NCBI GenBank assembly: GCA_043228905.1
Contig: JBHGNT010001469.1
Coordinates: 1 to 7,969, forward strand
From: Azolla caroliniana
Lineage: Eukaryota; Plantae; Polypodiophyta
Direction of reading: 5' to 3'
DNA: 7,969 nucleotides
The notes beneath the pieces are model-generated. The model did no database searches and was not told where the DNA came from. It saw only the letters and a list, made by a program, of their open reading frames with translations. The position numbers and the translations under genes were made by a program. Below are positions 1 through 7,214 of this stretch, in pieces (position 1 is the stretch's first letter; the number at the start of each line of letters is the position of its first letter).

Positions 1-1552
1 AAATGAAGTCTGGAATGACTTCCCTAGTGTAAATGAAGAATTTAGTGGAACGCCATTAACCAACAAGAAGAGAAAGAGTGACATAGGATTATATATGTTG
101 AGGACTAAAACATTATATGATAGACGTGAGCCTACACTCTATGCATTGTATGACCCCATCGTATGAAACTTCCTCATTGCTAGCTAGTGTCAAACATTCA
201 ACCATGCATCCACAATAGTCATGAGGTTTGAAGACTCAATGATGGTAATGTGACAATGAAGACTAACAAGACTCCATAGCTGATTCAAGAATGGAGGGAT
301 TTAAAATTAGATAACACAATAGTAGCATTAAGTTTTTATTCCAACTTATATAAGGGTTTAGCATTGGATGAAATATTATATTTAGAACCTATATTCCTCC
401 ATTAAAAGTCTACATGTTGAAATTACAATCCTAAAAAGGTATTACTTTCTTGGCTAGTCCTAAAGCTATACCACTATCCTCTACATGTTCGCAATATGAT
501 AGTTTGATGGAAGGATAACACACACTTACTACGCCAATACTTTCTCGAAAATTTGACTTTCTAGTTCACTTTCCACAATCATGGGTTTTAAGACAATAGT
601 GTTGCAATAGGCTATGGTAATAAAGCCACTAAGAGTAATATCCCTTTAAATTTCAACATGTTGCTCAAAAAACTGTGTTTGCAAATGCCTAAACTAAAAG
701 GTAGCATAACATATCAAAGTGTCAAAGATACCGACAAAGGAAAATGAGTTTATTTACTTGAGTGTTAAATTTTTTTTGAAAAAGCAAATAATCCCTAGAT
801 GCCTTGGGCCCAATTGGATGGATGAAACAAAATTGCCTTAGAGTAGTTTATATGGCAAGCATTAATTTTCCATGCAATCTCAACAAGAAAATTTCAGGGC
901 ACTACCATCACTTAATATGAGCATGTAAGCTCTTTGAAGGGCATGAATCGATTAGAACAATCATACGAAGACAAAAGTAAGTCATCAAATTTCTGGGGAT
1001 TTAGTATCCCAACTACAATAGATAGTACTCTTATGAAAAAATCTTACAAAAGCAATTCATTTAGCAATCCTAATAAGATTATCCTAAATAAAGTCATGTA
1101 TGAATCAATAAATGTGACCCAAACCAAAGCAAACCATATTCGGCGAGTAGGAATCTAACTGCATATAACCAGACATGCAAAAGTAAAAAAAACCCATCAT
1201 ATTCCACAAGGTGTTAGATTATGAAGTCATCAAAATAGATGCTAACTAAAAAGATGTGGAAATGAAATTGCTAGTAGGCATAGAAGAAAATCAATAAAAA
1301 ATTATCTTATTGGATTTTCTTGAGATGAAATCTACTTGTTAACCCTCATGATTCCAAGCAAAAAATTCTAAAATAAATGTCTCACATCAAATGAAGGTTG
1401 TTACAACATGGGCAAAGATGACTTCGATGTCCCGTATAGAAACACACTCACTCAAATTATCTATTTATACTTTCTAACAAACTTGGAAACGACAATAAAT
1501 TGCTCAATTCTAGTAAATAAAGGGACTAATGTAATAATGTATAATGAGAAAT

Positions 1553-1614
1553 TTACTTGATTCCAGCAAATGAAGGCCGGATCGCAATGAGTGGATCACC
1601 ATAACCCACAGGTT
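1553..1614 (-). CDS. BADC: BADC exon 9 (PVGYGDPLIAIRPSFAGIK*)
   Basis: Acceptor TTTTTGCAG|, stop TAA at 1555-1553. Confidence 0.92.
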
Positions 1615-4398
1615 CTGCAAAAAGAAACCAAAAACAATATAATGATGAAACCAATAGCATTTCACATGAAGAAAGTGATTATTATTTTCCCTTCCATTTT
1701 TACCTCCATCTTTGCATAAGATTTTCATCACTTCTCCAGAAGTTTCAGCCTGCATACACAAGTTATATCAACTTATTTACAATGTTTTTCATGTCATTAG
1801 AAATACAAGGATGTGGATGGAAAGGAACCATGGAATTTGCAGTGCACCAAACACGGACACTTTAAAAATATCAAGCAACTTAAAGTTCAAAAACCATCCC
1901 ACTAAATTTTCCACATTTAATTTGCACCCTAGGGAACATGGACACTTGCTTCCTGCTAAATATCCATATTTCTACTCCTCCACCAATGAATTTCCTTAAA
2001 ACACATCAATATATATATATGGGAGCCTCATCTTTACTCACATATGTAAAGGAATATCTTAAAACATCAGTATATGAGAAACCTGTCTCTTTCTGGGTTC
2101 CTTCAACTCTGAGCACATAGAAGATATATTCCTACCACACACACATGTAGATTGGATGGTTGTGCTTAGTTCTTGTGCACTTCATGCATTGGTTCACATG
2201 AATCAATGGTTTGCGAAACATCCCCTTTTCATTTGGATAGGATGCTTTGAATATTTTGGGCACAATTCCTTTGCGATCTAAAATATGTACTTTTTTCAAA
2301 GGCTAGGGTGAGAACCCAAAGCCGAAGTAGAGAATACATGTCCAAAAAACTAGAGTTTAGCCAGATTCGTACTTCAACGGGATGTTGCGTCCCAAGTTGT
2401 TCCACATAGCACACCGCTTGACCTTCTTTAACAATTTGACCCTGTACAACAATTCAATATCACATCTAATCTTGCAATATTTGAACCACTCAACAAAGCA
2501 TATGGTAAGATAAATTATATACGAACAGCACACATCATAGCTAATATCTGATATGCAATATAAATCTATAATAGCTAACAAATTATACACATTCTAGATC
2601 CACCGTAGCTAACTTCACAAAATGAAAATGCATACCTCCTCACACAGCGGACGACCGCTTTTCTTCTTTACAACTCGCGACCTTCTGAACCAACCCACCT
2701 ATCAAAGATCACGTCCATGGGTGGTGTTATGACAAAATTTGCAACAGGAAAATAGAAGCATAAGATATGCAATGATCCTAATCATCAAGATTGTTAAAAA
2801 AGTAAAAAATAAAATATGTAGTTTATATTGCAACCCTTATCATTCATGTTATGTTATGATGAAAATACAGAAAAGATAAAGAGAAGAAATTACCTTGGGA
2901 CAGGTCACAAAATGGAGACCTTCATCAGCAGCTGCCTCAAGAAGACCGATTTTTGATCCACCTTTTGAGGAAGGGTTTGCAAGAGTGATTGCACCAGATG
3001 ACGGAGAAGAAGGTTTGGGTGAAGGGGGAGGAAGAGCTAGTGAAGACACACCAGACTTCTCCATGGGCTCGCTTGGTATAGGTGGTGCCAGAGGTACAAC
3101 AACTGGACTCGAACCTTTCAATTTTGTCACATCCCTCTTTACTCTTAGCTTAAAAGAACCCATCTACACAGTTCCAAAATTTCAAGCATCAATCCTGTGA
3201 CAATTATGAACTTCGAAATGTATCATCAAGAGCATGAATCATTTGGAATAAAGAGTGTAAAATAAATAAAAATATACTTTAAGAAAAATGCATATTTTAA
3301 AGCATCAATCCTTGGGCCAAACCCATCTATACAATTTTCAGATAATTATGGGCTTCAAAAACACATTGTTAAAAGCATCAATCATTTGGAATGGGCAGTG
3401 TAATTCAATACTGCAGCTTCAAATTTTCTTATGATAACTGTAAACCATTGCAAAATGCATTTTTCCCCGTACTAAGGTTGAAAGAAAAATCCAACCTTGA
3501 GCTCTAGCTCTGCAATACTGGTTTCATCACAAATCTCCATCAATAAAGATTGTATCTGTAACAATAGCAAACATATTTATACAAATTTGGTATGAACCAT
3601 ACAGTGGGATCCAGGGTATCAATCCAATCAGACCTCAAAGGAACTGGGAGAAAGCGAGCTATCGTTTTCCTTTGGCTTCAGTCTATTCTCTGTTTCTTCA
3701 CCTATTTCTGCTAAGACGAAGGAACTATTGATCAGTAGTGATATCCAATTAAGAGACCATCAACAGACTGAGAGAATTTATCGTGGATTATAAACACATA
3801 AAAGGCGATGAGAAGACATGAGATTTATCATCCTTTCTTGAAACTCACATGATGAAGGTGAGCAAATTCATAAGAATTAACACCATGGATTAGAACTCAC
3901 ATGCATGATGATTAGAGAATCCACATTAAGTTTTTTTTACATTTTACCCTGAGGGAAACGATCCACTTACATGGACGAGGATTTTTTAGCCATTTTCTCT
4001 TGAGGGAAAGAGCAAAGCTTTTTTACATTTTCCCATGAGGGAAACAATTCACTTAATACATGGACAAGGATTTTTTGGCCATTTTCTCTCAAGGGAAAGA
4101 GGCCATTTCCGCTCACTCATTCTTTTCTCACGTATTGAGCATTATGAGCTTCTTCCTGATGTGGAATATCCCACTTTCCCTCATGCTTCCCTCTGATGCT
4201 CATCGGATCTTGAAGTGTTCAGTATTAATCCACTGAGTGGGAATCATTGTCGCAAAATTTTCTTAAACTTCTGGTGTGAAAGACATAATGGGATTAAACT
4301 GTATGTCTAAATGGCATGCAGTATCATTGTTGTGAAGAGAGAACATCTTGAGATGAATGAGTAAATAAACTAGCACCTCGCTTGATGAGAAGTAAACA

Positions 4399-4433
<35 letters not shown>

Positions 4434-5207
4434 AGAAATCTCACCTATAGAAACTCATTATGTAAATGTCCTGCTAAAATCAATCATATGATGAAACCCA
4501 GGGTCGAAATAGTATGCATGCCTCATCATGAAGAGGAAACACCATCATCATCATCTTGAGATGAATGATGAACAAACTAACATCACCTTGAATAGCAAAC
4601 ATTACACGGTCCTGAGACGAATTAATAAACAAACTACCACCGTCATCGCCATATCCAGATATGAATGAATGAACAAAATTTAAAGAACATTATCTTCATC
4701 TGAAGATCAATGATTGAATAACTAAGCAGCAGAATAATTATTGAACAAATGAATAAACAAACAAGATTCTTATATTTAGATGAAATAATGATAAATAAAA
4801 TTCCCCAGTAAAAATAGATTAATAAGATATCAAACCAAAAAAAAGACTAAAACTAAAATCTTACTTTGTGAAGAAGCAATATCAGAAACAGCACAAATTG
4901 GCATCCTTGAGAAGGATCTCCGAACTCTCCATGGATGGCAGATCATCACGGTAGATCTAACAGATAATGATGAAGGAACTGCCAAATTCCCTGTTTTTCA
5001 ATTAAAAATGTGCAAACAGAAAAAAAAAAAAGACCAAAAAAATAAGAAGCAAAATTCTGAGAAATCTCTCGAAATCATTAAGGAAAGATGCAAAAATGAA
5101 GAAGAAAGAGGAAGAAACAAACAAACAAACAAAAAAAAAAAAAGCAGAGCGACGATTGATTCATTCATGGGACCTGAGGTTGCCATGGCGGTGCAGAGAT
5201 ACTCCAT
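1553..5207 (-). CDS. BADC: BADC / BCCP-like protein (biotin/lipoyl attachment domain, non-biotinylated), probable plastid precursor; 9 exons: join(complement 5174-5207, 4865-4990, 3634-3710, 3496-3555, 2894-3163, 2636-2698, 2373-2441, 1704-1749, 1553-1614), 268 aa
   Basis: Manual splicing at GT-AG sites gives 34+126+77+60+270+63+69+46+62 = 807 nt in one open frame: MEYLCTAMATSGNLAVPSSLSVRSTVMICHPWRVRRSFSRMPICAVSDIASSQTEIGEETENRLKPKENDSSLSPSSFEIQSLLMEICDETSIAELELKMGSFKLRVKRDVTKLKGSSPVVVPLAPPIPSEPMEKSGVSSLALPPPSPKPSSPSSGAITLANPSSKGGSKIGLLEAAADEGLHFVTCPKVGWFRRSRVVKKKSGRPLCEEGQIVKEGQAVCYVEQLGTQHPVEAETSGEVMKILCKDGEPVGYGDPLIAIRPSFAGIK*. The blocks EICDETSIAELELK, LEAAADEGL, PKVGWFRRSR, VKEGQxVCYVEQLG, SGEVxKIL and DGEPVGYGDPL match plant BADC proteins as recalled. 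The BCCP EAMK biotinylation motif is replaced by EQLG. Confidence 0.93.
1704..1749 (-). CDS. BADC: BADC exon 8 (AETSGEVMKILCKDG-E)
   Basis: Acceptor ATGCAG|, donor GAG|GTAAAA; 46 nt, phase 0-1. Confidence 0.93.
2373..2441 (-). CDS. BADC: BADC exon 7 (GQIVKEGQAVCYVEQLGTQHPVE)
   Basis: Acceptor GTACAG|, donor GAA|GTACGA; 69 nt; covers the position of the biotinyl-lysine turn, which has no lysine here. Confidence 0.93.
2636..2698 (-). CDS. BADC: BADC exon 6 (VGWFRRSRVVKKKSGRPLCEE)
   Basis: Acceptor TTGATAG|, donor GAG|GTATGC; 63 nt, phase 0-0. Confidence 0.93.
2894..3163 (-). CDS. BADC: BADC exon 5 (MGSFKLRVKRD ... Pro/Ser-rich linker ... LEAAADEGLHFVTCPK)
   Basis: Acceptor GTGTAG|ATG, donor AAG|GTAATT; 270 nt; corresponds to track ORF 2849..3163(-). 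Confidence 0.95.
3496..3555 (-). CDS. BADC: BADC exon 4 (IQSLLMEICDETSIAELELK)
   Basis: Acceptor TTACAG|, donor AAG|GTTGGA; 60 nt; conserved N-terminal BCCP/BADC block. Confidence 0.93.
3634..3710 (-). CDS. BADC: BADC exon 3 (EIGEETENRLKPKENDSSLSPSSFE)
   Basis: Tandem acceptor TAG|CAG| at 3711/3708, donor GAG|GTCTGA at 3633; phase 1-0; joins exon 4 in frame. Confidence 0.85.
3933..4101. repeat. Two-copy tandem duplication (~86 bp period) in BADC intron 2
   Basis: TTTTTTACATTTT..C.TGAGGGAAAC.AT.CACTTA..CATGGAC.AGGATTTTTT.GCCATTTTCTCT..AGGGAAAGAG occurs at ~3933-4012 and ~4019-4101. Confidence 0.9.
4399..4432. repeat. Compound microsatellite (TG)9(AG)8 in BADC intron 2
   Basis: Directly visible. 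Confidence 0.97.
4865..4990 (-). CDS. BADC: BADC exon 2 (transit peptide: NLAVPSSLSVRSTVMICHPWRVRRSFSRMPICAVSDIASSQ)
   Basis: Acceptor ACAG|GG at 4991, donor AAA|GTAAGA at 4864; 126 nt, phase 1-1; Ser/Arg-rich and acid-poor, like a chloroplast transit peptide. Confidence 0.85.
5174..5207 (-). CDS. BADC: BADC exon 1 (MEYLCTAMATS-G), start of transit peptide
   Basis: ATG at 5207 (tcaATGG), second in-frame ATG at 5186 (gccATGG); donor CAG|GTCCCA at 5173; phase 1 matches exon 2. Confidence 0.75.
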
Positions 5208-5306
5208 TGAACAAGAAAGGCCAAAAACCCAAATCAGAGAAGGGAAGGAGGAGGATGAGAAACCTTGGTTTGATCTTTAATCTTAAACGAGCAATACTAC
5301 TAGTAC

Positions 5307-5314
5307 ATATATAA
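5307..5314 (-). promoter_or_regulatory. Candidate TATA box of the BADC gene
   Basis: TTATATAT on the minus strand ~100 bp upstream of the ATG, followed by a pyrimidine-rich putative 5' UTR (CTCATCCTCCTCCTTCCCTTCTC). Confidence 0.5.
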
Positions 5315-5457
5315 GAAGGGTGAAGAAACAATTTTACTTCAGTTTGTGCTTTTTGATGCTTTTTGCTCATTGTTTTTTTTTGGGTGGGGGCAGGGTAGGG
5401 CCTCTAATGACTAAAGCATGCAATGAATGAATGAATATTCATGGAATGGCTAATGGA

Positions 5458-5563
5458 TATGTATAATGTATATGTATAATGTATAATGTATAATGTATAA
5501 TGTATAATGTATATGTATAATGTATAATGTATATGTATATGTATAATGTATAATGTATGTGTA
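5458..5563. repeat. (GTATAAT)n / (GTATAT)n minisatellite upstream of BADC
   Basis: About 105 bp of 7-mer units interspersed with 6-mer variants. Confidence 0.95.
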
Positions 5564-5930
5564 TCCAATGTTAGGATCAATATACAACACTACATGTACA
5601 TTTGTTTTGTTTGTTCCAAAGAGCCAGAGACATAACTTGATTTTTTGAATCATCAATTCAAGAACATTTGCTTTTCATAAAAAAAAAAAGGAGCAAGTGC
5701 TTTGGATGGGCTTGAAATTTTTCTCGCTAGATTAAATTGTGGAAACTAAAATTCACAATCCAATGTGGTGCATGGTGAATTGAGGGTTAGACTCCAATTC
5801 ATGTTTGTAGATTAGTAATACAGTTGCATGTTTCAACCTCGCATTTCAATGAGTCATATGGGAATTGGACCGATGTGTTCCATGGTGAATTGCCTTGATG
5901 CGGGGGATCACCCCATATAGAAGAAAGTTC

Positions 5931-6215
5931 CATAGTACGTAAAATTCGTGTTCGTCTAGTATAACATTCGTTTTCCTACGTTGGAAAACGAATGCGAATG
6001 TTATCCTAACATTCTTGTGTTTTTTTTTTGTTTTTTTCCCATTTTTTTAATGTTTTTTTTTGTTTTTTTTTTCATTTTTACGCTTATCTACCTCATAATA
6101 AATAGTTAATCCAAAAGTATGATATTTATCATTCTTTGAGGGTGTTTTTCTTTCGCGAATGATTTAATCATTCGCGAATGCGAATGCACGTATGGTGCGT
6201 ATGGTTCATACTATG
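5931..6215. mobile_element. Non-autonomous TIR element (MITE), probably hAT-like
   Basis: Ends CATAGTA(cgtaaaattcg)...(cgtatggttca)TACTATG form an imperfect terminal inverted repeat. Subterminal CGAATG/CATTCG motifs occur at both ends around a T-rich core. The right flank GAAGAAAC (6216-6223) vs the left flank GAAGAAA-gtt-C (5920-5930) resembles an 8-bp target-site duplication with a 3-bp insertion. Confidence 0.7.
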
Positions 6216-6399
6216 GAAGAAACCATGCAAATGTTTTTATGTGGATGAAATGCTCTTCTCGAAGGGGAGTGATGTCGCAATGGCTACTAGCAAAAAAGAA
6301 CTTCCATAATAAAAACTCTTATTTGCTCAAATCCTCCTTGTAAGTGCATTAATTTTCTCTTAATATTGCTTTTCCTCGTAATTTTTTACTTGATATTGC

Positions 6400-6895
6400 A
6401 ATGAATGGATGTTGATCGTAGGCTTCACCCTTTGGTATGTGTGGAAAGCATGCTGCCTAAAGTTCTTCCAAGATCTAGTATGCCCCTCTAGGAGGAATTG
6501 AACATGGATATATGGTTCGCAATTATTAGTTGCATGCGAGGGTAGTTGGACGAGGTTTGTGGCCACTCTAACGACGTGGTCACTGCTCGTTTACATTTTG
6601 GGCAGAAATGGAGAAACATGTCGATAGTGATGCAAGGAGGAAACTGCCCGAGGTGGAACTATTAGCCCCCTTTCCATGTTGGTTGTTTCCTACACACCTT
6701 CCACCCTCCCTCCATTGAAGGCCGGAGGATTGGGCTCGTGCTGGGCGGTGATGATTGTTACAACTTACGAGTTTATAGCTCTAGGTACCTACTTACATTA
6801 AGTAGAAAGTATGAGGGGACATGTACGTACCCATAATTTCTTTCTCATATTCTTGAACTCGAGGGGGGTGGGGTGATCCCCCGATTTATATATAA
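6400..6895 (+). mobile_element. Decayed, 5'-truncated L1-like LINE fragment (ORF2 C-terminus plus possible 3' UTR)
   Basis: From 6406: WMLIVGFTLWYVWKACCLKFFQDLVCP / frameshift / EELNMDIWFAIISCMRG*LDEVCGHSNDVVTARLHFGQKWRNMSIVMQGGNCPRWNY*PP / frameshift / CWLFPTHLPPSLH* (TGA 6716-6718). LWxxWKAxCxxxF resembles the LWxIWxxRNxxxF motif that follows the zf-RVT domain of plant L1 ORF2. The internal TAG stops are consistent with CAG>TAG decay. The family call is from memory, not a search. Confidence 0.6.
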
Positions 6896-7214
6896 GTCAC
6901 CTTGTATAGTCTTTTTGTAAAAATCTCTCATTACTAATGGGAAAGTAGCTCCATTTTTGGGAAAAAAAAAACAAAGAAAAAAACTTGAAAGTTAAACTTA
7001 TTTTAAGCATATTAAATTTAACCTCGAAGGAAGATTAACTTAGTAATCAACTCATTATATGCAGATCAACTAATCAAATAACGAAAGCTTCTACGATTTA
7101 ACAACTCTTTAAGTGCATACCAAAATTCAACTTTAAAATCTTAAAGGAAACACCAATATTAATCAATAAGCTCACTCATCGTTGGCTTGCCTAATAAATA
7201 TGTACCTACATATA

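Noticed and set aside
2-166. Open frame at the window edge (NEVWNDFPSVNEEFSGTPLTNKKRKSDIG...DPIV*)
   Set aside because: Short and truncated, with no recognisable domain. It could be a decayed transposon or the tail of another gene, but neither can be supported.
934-2120. + strand ORFs 934..1158, 1712..1999 and 1938..2120
   Set aside because: Antisense to BADC introns, exons or 3' flank; AT-rich with no motifs; two start at TTG.
2895-3200. + strand 101-aa ORF
   Set aside because: Antisense shadow of BADC exon 5.
5458-5563. Repeated TATAAT as bacterial -10 boxes or a CRISPR-like array
   Set aside because: Intron-containing eukaryotic context; there are no unique spacers and no cas genes.
4998-5656. 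Lys-rich, Phe-rich and Tyr/Ile/His-rich ORFs in the track
   Set aside because: They arise from the U-rich intron 1, the 5' UTR and the minisatellite; only 5174-5207 is coding.
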